Translations under genes and position numbers: made by a program
Notes under the pieces: generated by a model
Seen by the model: the letters and a program-made list of their open reading frames with translations, nothing else
Told to the model about the DNA's origin: nothing
Databases searched by the model: none
Part shown: piece after piece, positions 40,108 to 49,469 of the stretch
Layout: each line of letters starts with the position of its first letter
Numbering within the stretch: position 1 is the first letter of the stretch
NCBI GenBank assembly: GCA_963797975.1
Contig: CAWCRH010000003.1
Location: 3,627-67,626, forward strand
Origin: an uncultured Thermoplasmata archaeon
Lineage (GTDB): Archaea; Thermoplasmatota; Thermoplasmata; Lutacidiplasmatales; UBA184
Direction: 5' to 3'
Length of the DNA: 64,000 bases

Positions 40108-40758
40108 ATGGTCTCATTCGACATCGACGGCACCCTCACGGTGGGCCACGGCTGGTCGATCATCGCCGACCGGTTCGGTCGTCGGCCCGAGTACGACCGG
40201 ACCACGGCTCTTATCGCCCGCGGAGAGCTCGGGGAGGACGCCCACCTCTCGAACCTGCTCGCGCTGGCCGCGGGCCACACCGTCCACGAGGTCGAGGCCA
40301 TCCTCGAGGTCACTCCGAGAGTCAGGAACATCGCCGAGACGGTGAAGGAGCTTGGACGGCGGGGAATCCGCGCGGCCCTCCTGACCCACAACCCCCCCTA
40401 CGTTTGCGATTGGTATGCCCGTCGCTTCGGCTTCCAGGCGTACGAAGGCTGCGACGCCCCGAACCCGGTGAACGGGGTCATCGGTCCGCCCGGCCACGTC
40501 CACGCGGACAAGTTGGGGTCGCTACGCCGGCTGCTGAGAAGGACTGGGGTCGCGGCTCGAGCGGTCGTGCACGTCGGCGATAGCCGCCCGGACCTCGAGG
40601 TGTTCCATGAGGTGGGTGGGGGAGTCGCGTTCAACTCTCACATCCCCGAGGTCCGAGCCGGGTCCGACGCCACCATCGACTCGGACGACCTTAGCGACCT
40701 CCTCCTCGTTCTCGACCGGCTCACGCCTCGTTCGAGCGGCCGTCAGGACAAATATTAG
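40108..40758 (+). CDS. HAD-superfamily phosphatase (SerB-like subfamily IB)
   Basis: Motif I FDIDGTLT, motif III K.., motif IV GDSRPD. The start was set at MVSFDIDG. Confidence 0.7.
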   Translation: MVSFDIDGTLTVGHGWSIIADRFGRRPEYDRTTALIARGELGEDAHLSNLLALAAGHTVHEVEAILEVTPRVRNIAETVKELGRRGIRAALLTHNPPYVCDWYARRFGFQAYEGCDAPNPVNGVIGPPGHVHADKLGSLRRLLRRTGVAARAVVHVGDSRPDLEVFHEVGGGVAFNSHIPEVRAGSDATIDSDDLSDLLLVLDRLTPRSSGRQDKY

Positions 40759-40761
40759 TAT

Positions 40762-40770
40762 TCATATAAT
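40762..40770 (+). promoter_or_regulatory. TATA-like TCATATAAT in the most AT-rich spot of the window
   Basis: The stretch AAATATTAGTATTCATATAATCC lies 28-36 nt upstream of the ATG at 40798 (leaderless spacing). Confidence 0.4.
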
Positions 40771-40797
40771 CCTCAGTTCTTCTAGTGCTCGCGAGCC

Positions 40798-41388
40798 ATG
40801 GAGTACGTCGCCCTGAGGTCGAGCCACCCGACATGGCTGACCATGCAGCTCCCTTCCGATGCGGTAGAGCTGCTCAAGTTCCGTTCTCCGTCGCCTCGCG
40901 CATTGGCGGACGGGACGGGGTCGATCACGTTCCTCGCCCGCGGAACGGGCATCGCGCGGGCGGTCGCCACCCACCTCTCCCGGGAAGCCCTCGCGGTCGA
41001 GTCGGTCCGCGAGCGCTTGCTCGCCAGCGCTCGGCCCGGTGAACGACACCTCTTCTCCCTCCCGACGGCTCTCCTCGCTCACCTCGGGATCGGCGTCTCG
41101 GTTCGCGGCCCCCGGGCTGGGAAGGGGACCGACGATCAGATCCTATGGTTCCTTCCCGCGGAAGAGTACTACGACTTCCGCAAGTCCGAAGCAGAGCGAA
41201 CGGTCTGGCACGGCCCCTCTCTCGGGGGCTCGGCCCACGTGTACGTGGCCAAGGCGATCCTGCCGCCCCCGAGGGCGCTCGGTAGCCTCGCCGTCACGGA
41301 GGAGCAGATAGAGCAAGTCGAATGGGCTACTGCGGCCGAGGCGTTCCATCCTCCGGGACGCGGTCGCAGGGCGATAGAATCGCACTGA
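40798..41388 (+). CDS. Hypothetical protein, possibly a tandem AbrB/SpoVT-like swapped-hairpin domain
   Basis: 196 aa. Two segments resemble AbrB-type strands (..WLTMQLPSDAVELLKF..ITFLA.. and ..LFSLPTALLAHLGIGVS..ILWFLP..). Weak resemblance read by eye. Confidence 0.35.
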   Translation: MEYVALRSSHPTWLTMQLPSDAVELLKFRSPSPRALADGTGSITFLARGTGIARAVATHLSREALAVESVRERLLASARPGERHLFSLPTALLAHLGIGVSVRGPRAGKGTDDQILWFLPAEEYYDFRKSEAERTVWHGPSLGGSAHVYVAKAILPPPRALGSLAVTEEQIEQVEWATAAEAFHPPGRGRRAIESH

Positions 41389-41583
41389 TCGGCCCGGGCG
41401 GTCTCTCCGCGCGTCGGGGATGTTTCGTTACCAAGAGGCACCCGACATGCCGGCCACCAAGGTGCAGAGACCGAAAGGGGCCCATCCGGACGAGGCCGTG
41501 CTAGCCTCTCGCCGCGCAGGATTCCGACGTATAGCGGCACGGGCCGGCCTTGGGAACCTTTTTAATCCGGGGCTGGGATAGAT

Positions 41584-42261
41584 ATGGTCGTGACTCCAGC
41601 GCACAAACGTGAGCCGAAGGCATCGACAATCGTCTCTAAGACCCCGGTGGCAGTAGGTTTCGACGGGACCTCCCCGCTCCCGCCGACGTATGGGGACGCC
41701 CTTACCGGAACCGTGGTCTGCGCGCTGCCGGTCGACCATGACTCACTGGCCAAGGCGATCCGGCGATCGATCGGCCACGAAGGGATGCGCTCGGAGGACG
41801 CGCGGACGATCGCGGCCCATGTCCTCAACTTCTTCGGGTTCAACGAACGGATCATCGATAACGTGCTAGAGCCGGATGATCGCGACACGTTCTACATGCT
41901 GGAGGACAGCGGGATTCTCGAGACCGAGCGGGACGAGACGACGCTCTACGACGGCCGGGAGTGGCGTATCCATTACTGGATGATCCGCCGGGAACGGATC
42001 ATCGAGCTGGCCCGGGAAGAGGCTCAGGCGATGGCCGACGCCGGCGAGAAGGACGTCATCTACTCGGCCCACGTCAACCGCTCCCTCCCGATGCAGCTCC
42101 CCCACGGGGAGACGGGAACGGGTCTAGCAGCCCACGCGGTCTACCACGAGCTGGGGGACGAGATCTGGCTCGACCACAAGCAGGAGAAGAGCGCGAGCGA
42201 AGAGGAAGAGGCCGCGGCTCCTCCGGTCGACCGCTCCCCGAGCCGACCCATCGGCAAGTAG
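41584..42261 (+). CDS. Hypothetical protein (225 aa) with acidic C-terminal tail
   Basis: Good coding bias. The block ..FYMLEDSGILETERDETTLYDGREWRIHYWMIRRERI.. looks conserved. Family not recognised. Confidence 0.45.
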   Translation: MVVTPAHKREPKASTIVSKTPVAVGFDGTSPLPPTYGDALTGTVVCALPVDHDSLAKAIRRSIGHEGMRSEDARTIAAHVLNFFGFNERIIDNVLEPDDRDTFYMLEDSGILETERDETTLYDGREWRIHYWMIRRERIIELAREEAQAMADAGEKDVIYSAHVNRSLPMQLPHGETGTGLAAHAVYHELGDEIWLDHKQEKSASEEEEAAAPPVDRSPSRPIGK

Positions 42262-42312
42262 ACCGGACCGACGGCGACCGGGCGTCGCGGACTGAACGAA
42301 CGGCGAGGCGAC

Positions 42313-42932
42313 GTGCGGCGGTTCGTCATTCTGGTCCACAAGGTCCCGATCGACGGGGGCTTCACGCTCAACGACCTCGCCGGCGGCGCGGGTCGGATGG
42401 ACGAGGTTGCGCGAGCCGTCTCCACCGCGTTCACCGTCTCGAACGACCTGCGCCGAGACACCGAGGTCACGCTCCTCCTCGCCGGCCCCCGGGCGGGATC
42501 GGTCGGCGGATCGCGGTGGTGGGAGCGCGGCTCCGTTATCTTAACCCAGACGAGCGGTCCACGGCCGCGCTCCTCAAGAACGCCCTCACTCGATCGGTCG
42601 ACCATCTCCGCGAGTTCGAGTCCTCCCCCGGGATCGTCATTGGCGGAGCCGACCCCCGCGCCGAGCTCGCCCGGTGGCTGAAGGAGCCCGGGGCGATATG
42701 GCTCACCGAAGGGGGGGTGCCGCTGCGGTCGTTCGAGTGGGAACCTCCCGATTTCCTGGGCATCTTGAGCGACCCGTTCGACCCCACGCCGGAGGAGCGG
42801 GCGGCGCTGGTCGCCGCCGGGCTCCCCCAACTATCGGTCGGCCCACGTTCCCTGCGCACGAGCCAGGTCATCGACGTCGTTCACGCCGAGCTGGACCTGC
42901 GAGAGGGACCACGCTCGGAGCGCCCTGGATAA
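42313..42932 (+). CDS. trmY: tRNA (pseudouridine54-N1)-methyltransferase TrmY (SPOUT/DUF358). One frame break in C5G3 at 42486-42493.
   Basis: N-terminal MRRFVILVHKVPIDGGFTLNDLAGGAGRMDEVARAV. After the break, ..LRYLNPDERSTAALLKNAL..FLGILSDPFDPTPEE..LSVGPRSLRTSQVIDVVHAELD. Confidence 0.7.
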
Positions 42933-43949
42933 CTAGCCTGCGCCGATCGGCTTCGGCCGCTCCCGGATCCCGGAAACGGGAGCGAGCCGGATCCCACCGA
43001 CGATGCCGGTCAGGCGCACGGTCTCCCGCGGTTCGCCGAGGAGGCGGGTCCCGAAGAGGAGTTCTTCGGGCTGGTTCAGGTGGAGGCGCGCGCTGTTCAT
43101 CACGCGGTCGAAGTCGTTCACGGTCAGGTTGGACCCACCCTCGATGTGGACGAGGGCACGGGTCTTCTTCTCGAGCTCGAAATCGAGCAGGCTCTCCCGC
43201 AACGCGTTCGGCACGAGTCGGTCCGGCTCGGTGACGTGACTCTCCCCCAAGATGACCGTCGAGAGCCCCGAGGAAGCGAGATGGTTCTTCACGGTCGCGA
43301 GGTCGACGTTGAGCTGAGAGGGGTTATCGACCATGTCGACCAGGCCGCTCACGAGCCCGTGGAGGTAGGCGTTACGGACCTGGAGAGCCTGGTGGAGAGG
43401 AAGTGCGCCGAACCGCCGGAGCTTCTCGTTCGCCAGGACCAGCAATAGGCCCCCCAGCTCTTCGAGCTCGTCGAGGGTCTCCTGGACCACCTCCCGGCGT
43501 CGGGGGTTGGATTCGACCTCGACATCGAAGGGAAGGAACGCGACCGGGATCGGAAAGATGTCGGTACGACGTAGCTCACGCGAGAGGAAGGGAAGGAGCG
43601 CGCTACCGGTACCGCCTCCGATCGCCGCTAGCAGGAAGACCACCTCGTACGGGCGGAGCTCCCGGATGAGCTCCTCGCGGCTCTCCTCGGCCGCGCTGAC
43701 GACGGCCGCGCGGTCCCCGCCGGAGCCTCGCCCTCGAAGCGTGCGGTGTCCGATGAGGATCCGCTGCTCGGTCGGCATCCGCTGTAGGTGCATCGCGTCG
43801 GTATTGATGGCGACGGAACGGACGCCGGGGATACGGTGGCCGAGAAGGTCGCCGACCGCCTCGGACCCGGCACCCCCTAGGCCCACGACCGCGAAGGAGG
43901 TAGGCCGGCCGAAGGAGGCCCAGCCCATCGGATCGTCCTCCGTGCTCAT
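42933..43949 (-). CDS. Divergent FtsZ/tubulin-family GTPase
   Basis: 338 aa from MSTEDDPMG. Motifs VGLGGAGSEAV (G1), NTDAMHL, GRGSGGD, tubulin signature GGGTGSA, and T7-like NVDLATV. Confidence 0.75.
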   Translation of the reverse strand: MSTEDDPMGWASFGRPTSFAVVGLGGAGSEAVGDLLGHRIPGVRSVAINTDAMHLQRMPTEQRILIGHRTLRGRGSGGDRAAVVSAAEESREELIRELRPYEVVFLLAAIGGGTGSALLPFLSRELRRTDIFPIPVAFLPFDVEVESNPRRREVVQETLDELEELGGLLLVLANEKLRRFGALPLHQALQVRNAYLHGLVSGLVDMVDNPSQLNVDLATVKNHLASSGLSTVILGESHVTEPDRLVPNALRESLLDFELEKKTRALVHIEGGSNLTVNDFDRVMNSARLHLNQPEELLFGTRLLGEPRETVRLTGIVGGIRLAPVSGIRERPKPIGAG

Positions 43950-44335
43950 CAAGACCTCGACGTTAGGGGGGTGCGCTGCTGTCCCCGGTCGCCACGGCTG
44001 CGTGCGGCGGCCGCGGAAGGCCACGGGTCGCGGGTAGCGAGCTCTCTACGCGCTGGCGGATGTACCTCCCGCACAGCCCAACGAACAGCATCGTCGACGG
44101 AGACCGAGCTCCCCTCCCTGACGATCTCTTCGAGCTGGAGATTGTCTTGCCTCGACAGCTCGACCACGACCTTACGGACGTTCGGCGGTGGAAGGTGGAC
44201 CTCGATGTAGCGCTCGAGGGCTTCTCGTATCGTGTCGGAAATCGTCGCGGTCTCCTGCTCGTTTTGAATCCGCTTGAGCTTCTCGAGCAGGTCCTGCGGA
44301 ATTCGAACTGTGACCCGCTCAGACGTTTCCGTCAT
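43949..44335 (-). CDS. Tandem ribbon-helix-helix (CopG/Arc-like) DNA-binding protein
   Basis: First repeat RVTVRIPQDLLEKLKRI..ISDTIREALERYI, second repeat KVVVELSRQDNLQLEEIV..VDDAVRWAVRE... As written, its stop overlaps the FtsZ-like ATG (TGATG at 43947-43951). The 3' end is uncertain because of a suspected indel at the GTAC at 44062. Confidence 0.6.
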   Translation of the reverse strand: MTETSERVTVRIPQDLLEKLKRIQNEQETATISDTIREALERYIEVHLPPPNVRKVVVELSRQDNLQLEEIVREGSSVSVDDAVRWAVREVHPPARRELATRDPWPSAAAARSRGDRGQQRTPLTSRS

Positions 44336-44339
44336 ATCC

Positions 44340-44368
44340 GTCAGACAAGAGACACCGCTTTGTCTGAC
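44340..44368. promoter_or_regulatory. Operator-like inverted repeat GTCAGACAA-N11-TTGTCTGAC just upstream of the RHH start
   Basis: Perfect 9-bp arms at 44340-44348 and 44360-44368. A third half-site, CTCAGACG, lies at 44319-44326. The AT-rich TATA-like stretch at 44371-44400 lies beyond it. Confidence 0.45.
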
Positions 44369-44405
44369 GAATGACATATTATCACCTTACTATTTCAACG
44401 TATGC

Positions 44406-44445
44406 GGGAACGGGTACTGTTGTGGAGTCCAACAATTAGTTCCCC
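44406..44445 (+). repeat. Left copy of the 40-bp repeat GGGAACGGGTACTGTTGTGGAGTCCAACAATTAGTTCCCC
   Basis: 36/40 identical in direct orientation to 45541-45580. It has an internal quasi-palindrome around TGGAGTCCA. Confidence 0.8.
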
Positions 44446-44537
44446 CTGTCCGACAGGGAACCGACCGGAACCCGTGGAGTGGAAAGAGGGGGTCCAGGGG
44501 GAGGCCGACTATCGGTCGGGTCCCGCCTGCGCCCCGC

Positions 44538-45485
44538 ATGACCAAGCTGACCGACCGTCGGATCGACTACCTCATCCGACAGGCACAGGGGTTGGCGACT
44601 CCCCGCGAGACTCTCGGTCAGATGGCCGCCCGATGGGGTGTGACCCGTCGGTGGCTCCGTAAGCTCATTCAGCGTTGGCGGCAGTCGGGGATTGTGCCGC
44701 GGCTGAATCCTCGTCGGCGCCCTCCTCGGCCACCCCTCACCGAGCTCGAGAAGGCCGTCATCACCCAGGAGTGGCTCCGATCCCCTCGGAGCCCCACGAA
44801 GCTCTACAAGGCGCTCGTCAAGCGTGGTATTCGCATCCCGAAGATGCAGATCTACCGCTTCGCGAAGGGGCAACGGTGGGTCACGCCGAACCCCCGCAAA
44901 CAACGCCGTCGGCACTACGTCCGCTACGAGAGGGACCACTCGGGTTCGCTCCTCCACGGAGACTTCCACCGAACCTCAGAGCAACACCCGCACGTCATCC
45001 TCTGGGAGGACGACGCGAGTCGGAGGATACTCTCGGGAGGCGAGTTCGCGGAGGCGACGGCCGGACACGCGATCGCCACATTGACGGAGGCGCTGGCCCG
45101 AGCCGCCGAGTGGGGCGTAGAGGTCCGTGAGGTCAACACCGATCGAGGGAGCCAGTTCTACATCGCCGACAAGGAAGCCCGGGAGTCAGTGGACGGGCAG
45201 TTCCAGCGGTTCCTGGCGGAGCGGGGGATTCGTCACGTGGTCAGCCGAGTGAATCATCCGCAGACCAACGGGAAGCTCGAGCGGTTGTGGTTGGAGTATG
45301 ATCGACATCGGTGGCGATACCGAACACTGAAGGAGTTCATCGAGTGGTACAACGACCAGATCCACGAGAGCCTGTGGGCAGAGCTCTACGAGACTCCGCA
45401 GGAGGCCTGGCAGCGGAAGGTAGCGCCGGCAACGCAGCTGGGGCAGTTCTTTCAGCGAGTGGAGGCTGGAGGGACCGAGGCATGA
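44538..45485 (+). CDS. DDE transposase, integrase-core (rve) type, IS481/IS3-superfamily-like
   Basis: N-terminal HTH region, then the D..D..E context LLHGDFH, VNTDRGSQFY and HPQTNGKLERLW. The start was set at MTKLTDRR within ORF 44274-45485. Confidence 0.8.
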   Translation: MTKLTDRRIDYLIRQAQGLATPRETLGQMAARWGVTRRWLRKLIQRWRQSGIVPRLNPRRRPPRPPLTELEKAVITQEWLRSPRSPTKLYKALVKRGIRIPKMQIYRFAKGQRWVTPNPRKQRRRHYVRYERDHSGSLLHGDFHRTSEQHPHVILWEDDASRRILSGGEFAEATAGHAIATLTEALARAAEWGVEVREVNTDRGSQFYIADKEARESVDGQFQRFLAERGIRHVVSRVNHPQTNGKLERLWLEYDRHRWRYRTLKEFIEWYNDQIHESLWAELYETPQEAWQRKVAPATQLGQFFQRVEAGGTEA

Positions 45486-45540
45486 CTCCCCCCTCGAACC
45501 CCCCTCCTTCAAGTAGAGGAACTAAAAACCGGACTCTACA

Positions 45541-45580
45541 GGGAACGGGTACTGTTCTGGAGTCCAACCATTATTTCCCG
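45541..45580 (+). repeat. Right copy of the 40-bp repeat GGGAACGGGTACTGTTCTGGAGTCCAACCATTATTTCCCG
   Basis: Direct-orientation partner of 44406-44445. Confidence 0.8.
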
Positions 45581-45661
45581 ACAACAGAAGAGGACAGCCC
45601 TCCTGGGCGAAGTAGGTTCGAAGCCGCCTGGGCCGGTTAGTAGAATCGGAACCGCAGGCGC

Positions 45662-45847
45662 CTACTCTTCGAGACGGAGTCGTGACAGGTCGTGACGAGA
45701 GGCTTTGTTGCATGACTTACAGGTCAGGAACGGCCTGGGATCAGCGTCCTGGTTCGGGTTCGCACGTTGCCACTCCTTCGTGTCGAACTGGCGATCCCGC
45801 TTGCAATGTGGGCACCAGCCGAAGACGCTAGGCGCAACCTGAACCAT
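45662..45847 (-). CDS. Small zinc-ribbon protein (61 aa)
   Basis: CPHC..(25 aa)..CKSC arrangement. Confidence 0.4.
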   Translation of the reverse strand: MVQVAPSVFGWCPHCKRDRQFDTKEWQRANPNQDADPRPFLTCKSCNKASRHDLSRLRLEE

Positions 45848-46308
45848 TGCCCGTGCGAATACGGAGGTTGCTGATTATCGCTCCGGCTCCGACGGGAAAT
45901 GTCCTAGATCGGGCAAGGGGCTCGAGGAGAGGAGTTAGTGGCCGCTGCCCGATGCTAAACACCACTTCTGACTAGCGTTCACTACACGACCGGAGAAAGC
46001 TCCGCGGGAATGGGCAGATGCTAGCGAGCGGGTCCTATCGTCCTGGGGACCACGGAGCTTGCAGTGGGCTGTGTCCCCAGCGCTAGCACGCCGTCCGCCC
46101 GGTCAGATGGCTTGACGACGGAGAACGGTCAGGCGCCTCGTAGGGAGCCTGGTTGACCGGGGACCGAGGCTAGATCTCCGACTCCCGCCGCCGGCGACAG
46201 CCCTGCGTGTCCGAAAGCCGAACGTCGCCATGGCCGCCGGAGCGGCGGCGTATGCATAATAACGGGCCTCGCGATAGGCCAAGGCAAGGGGAGGCCCCAC
46301 CGTCGACG

Positions 46309-46767
46309 ATGAGCGTGAAGACCCGCAGCATTCGCCAAACCGTATTCATCCGCGCTCCGCCCGAGGACGTCTACGCCGCGCTCATGACGACGCGAGGGCA
46401 CGCAGCGTTCACTGGCGCGAAAGCACGTATCAGCCCGCGCGTCGGTGGTCGAATCGAGGCGTGGGATGGATACATTCATGGAACCAACATCGAACTTGTC
46501 CCGGACCGCAGGATCGTTCAGAGCTGGCGGGCGTCGGAGGAGGATTGGCCCGAGGGTCATGACTCGAAGGTGACGTTCGTTCTTGCGCCCTACCGCGGCG
46601 GGACGCGTCTTCGGTTCACTCACAGTGACGTTCCGAGCCAGCATGCAGGCCATCTTTCGGAAGGCTGGAAGGAGAGCTACTGGGTTCCTCTGAAGGCGTA
46701 CGTAGAGCGGGTCCCCGGCCCAGCGGCCAAGAACCGGAAGAAAGTCGCGCCCAAGCGGAAACGGTAG
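46309..46767 (+). CDS. SRPBCC/AHSA1-domain protein with a basic tail
   Basis: The pattern ..FIRAPPEDVYAALMT....G.IEAWDGYIHGTNIELVPDRRIVQSWR....FTHSDVP.. is typical of the Aha1/START-like family. The start was set at the ATG at 46309. Confidence 0.6.
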   Translation: MSVKTRSIRQTVFIRAPPEDVYAALMTTRGHAAFTGAKARISPRVGGRIEAWDGYIHGTNIELVPDRRIVQSWRASEEDWPEGHDSKVTFVLAPYRGGTRLRFTHSDVPSQHAGHLSEGWKESYWVPLKAYVERVPGPAAKNRKKVAPKRKR

Positions 46768-46890
46768 GGGTTTGACGCTCGCCCTCCCTCAGAGCCGGAA
46801 TTGATTTGGGGCAAAGCACGGGGGTGTGCCGCCCCGCATCGACCGGCATAGGCTTCATCATGCCCAAGCTCATCACGGGCGGTTGAACGT

Positions 46891-48935
46891 GTGTCCATGA
46901 CACCTACCGGTCGTCACCCCAAGCGTTCCGTCCCTGCACGAGCGACCCCTCTCGCCCCTTTGGCTCCGCCGAGCATCGCCGTTCCCCGCTTCTCCATCGA
47001 TTACATGGACCGCACGGCCGACCCGACGAAGGACTTCTACCGATTCGCGACGGGGCAGTGGATCGATTCCCACCCGTACCGGCGGATAAGACACGGTGGA
47101 GCGCGTTCGACGAGCTCGCGGAGAGGAACTTTCAGCTGCTCCGCGGAGTGCTAGAGGAGGCGGCCCGCCCCGCTGGGGGGTCGGCCAGTAAACCACGGCG
47201 TCAGGTCGGGGACTTCTTCGCCACGGCTATGGATTCCTCTCTTCGTGCGAAACTCGGCTACCGCCCGATCGTAGCCGACCTCAGGAAGATTGACCTAGTT
47301 CGGTCCACGGGCTCCCTCCTCTCCGTCCTGGCGCGCTTCCACCGGGACGGGATGGCCGCTCTCTTTTCGACAGTGATCGCCCCGGATGAGAAGAACAGCT
47401 CGGTCTACGCTCTCTACCTGGTCCAGGGAGGACTTTCCCTCCCCGACCGGGATTACTACCTCCTCGCGCGGTTCGCCAAAGTGCGAAAGGCCTACCGCGC
47501 GCACGTAACGAAAGCCCTTCGGCTCATCGGTGACCGCGCGGCGAACGCAGAGAGATCCGCGCGCGCGGTCCTGAAGATCGAGACGGCGCTCGCGAAGGCC
47601 AGCCGTAGCCGTGTCGACCTCCGCGACCCATACAAGAACTACAATCGATCCACCGTCACGGAGATCGCTCAGCGACAACCCCGGGTCCGTTGGAACGACT
47701 ACCTCCGACTGCGGGGAGTGCGCCGGCCCCCGTACCTCGTTGTCGGCCAGCCGGAGTTCTTCGACGCGGTGAACACGCTACTCCATTCGATACCCCTCTC
47801 AGAATGGAAGGCCTACCTCCGCTGGCATCTCGTCCACGACAGCGCACACCACCTCGACCCTGCCCTCGAGGACGAAGACTTCGACTTCTTCCATCGCCAG
47901 CTCTTGGGCCAAGAGAAGCCGGAGCCCGACTGGAAGCGAGCGGCCATGCTCGTGGACCGATCGCTCGGGGAGGCGTTGGGGCGTCTCTACGTCGATCACT
48001 ACTTCCCCCCCGAGGCTCGCGACCGGATGTTGGAGTTGGTCAACGACGTCCGCGACGTCTTCTCGGCTCGCCTCAGGGCCGTGCCGTGGATGACGGAAGA
48101 GACCCGGGCGCGCGCCCTCGCAAAGTTCGATCGGTTCACGACGAAGATCGGTTACCCGCGGCGGTTTCGAGACTACTCGCGGGTACGCGTCTCCCGAGGA
48201 GACCCGCTCGGCAATGTGCGGCACGCGCGCGCGTTCGAGATCCAGCGCAACGTCGTGCGGGTCGGTGGCGCCGTCGACCGGGAGGAATGGCAGATGACCC
48301 CGCCGACCGTCAACGCCTACTTCGAGCCCACCATGAACGAGATCGTTTTTCCCGCGGGGATCCTTCAGCCGCCCTTCTTCGACCCGACGATGGACGACGC
48401 GGTGAACTTCGGTGGCATCGCCGTCGTCATCGGCCATGAGATCACTCACGGCTACGACGACCAAGGGCGGAAGTACAATTCGGACGGGAACCTAAGCGAC
48501 TGGTGGACGCCCGCCGACGCGATGGAGTTCCAGGCGCGAGCCCAGCGGATCGTCGAGCAGTACTCCCGGTTCGAGCCGCTCGCCGGGCTACCGATCAACG
48601 GCGCGCTCACGATGGGCGAGAACATCGCCGACCTTGGGGGGGTCAGCCTCGCCTTCGAGGCCCTTCAGCGACGCATCGCCGCCGGCCGCACCCATGATGA
48701 ACGGATCGACGGCTTCACACCCGAGCAGCGATTCTTCCTATCTTTCGGGCAGATCTGGCGAGGGAATGTGCGGGACGAGGAACAGCGTCGTCGGATCACG
48801 GTCGACCCTCACTCCCCCGGTCGATTCCGCGTGAACGGTACGCTCGCGAACGTGCCGGAATTCTGGAAGGCGTTCGAGATCCCGGCGGGGGCTCCCATGC
48901 GCCAAGATGAGGCCCATCGGGTCAGCATCTGGTGA
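46891..48935 (+). CDS. M13-family zinc metallopeptidase (neprilysin/PepO-like). One frame break at 47075-47076.
   Basis: Fragments are 46891 to about 47075 (in ORF 46891-47154) and about 47076-48935 (in ORF 47058-48935). Motifs DPTKDFYRFATGQW, NAYFEP, HEITHGYDD and GENIADLGG. Confidence 0.85.
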
Positions 48936-49084
48936 GGACGAGCTGTCACAGAGCGGCGCGGTTCCTCACATTCACCTTCGCAGCCCACGGGAAGGGCGAG
49001 GCCTTCCGTCTCGCCAGGAAGTCTCCCCGGCTCCCTCGGCCGCCTACCCGCTCCTGAAATCGGTAACGCTTAAGACGGCGGCTC

Positions 49085-49465
49085 GTGGTGGTGTTTTCGA
49101 TGTTCAGTCGGAAGGAGCGCGCCTACCTTGAGTCGGTAGTCTCCGCCCGGCGGCAGGGCATCGACCCTGGGAAACTGCTCCGGGCCCGGTTCCCCAACCC
49201 ATCGTACCGCCGCAAGCTCCTGTGGAGCATCCGCACCAAGATGGGCCGGGCCATTGCGGATTGGGAGCTTCTCACGTCCGCGATCGGTTCCGACCCGAGG
49301 ATCCTCTCATCGTGGCATCAGCTCGGCGAGGTCGACGTTCCCTTCTACGTCGACCCGCTGCTCGCTGCCCTCCAAGGGTTCTCACGAGTCTTCGACCCGC
49401 TGCGCGCTCGTGGCAAGGCCGCCGAAGACCTTCCTCTCGAGGAGTCCGTCGAACGGAGGAGCTGA
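49085..49465 (+). CDS. Hypothetical protein (126 aa)
   Basis: ORF with reasonable coding bias. No family recognised. The start is uncertain (Met at 49100 is possible). Confidence 0.35.
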   Translation: MVVFSMFSRKERAYLESVVSARRQGIDPGKLLRARFPNPSYRRKLLWSIRTKMGRAIADWELLTSAIGSDPRILSSWHQLGEVDVPFYVDPLLAALQGFSRVFDPLRARGKAAEDLPLEESVERRS

Positions 49466-49469
49466 GCCC

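Larger units (their letters stand above)
44406..45580 (+). mobile_element. IS-like element of about 1.18 kb carrying a DDE (rve) transposase, bounded by 40-bp direct repeats
   Basis: Single transposase ORF between two 36/40-identical repeats. The boundaries are inferred from the repeats only. Confidence 0.5.

Noticed and set aside
45600-45645. tRNA-like GGTTCGAAGCC motif downstream of the IS element. Similar TTCGAA hits occur at 17186 and 53045.
   Set aside because: The flanks do not form a T stem or an acceptor stem. No D arm or anticodon arm can be drawn.
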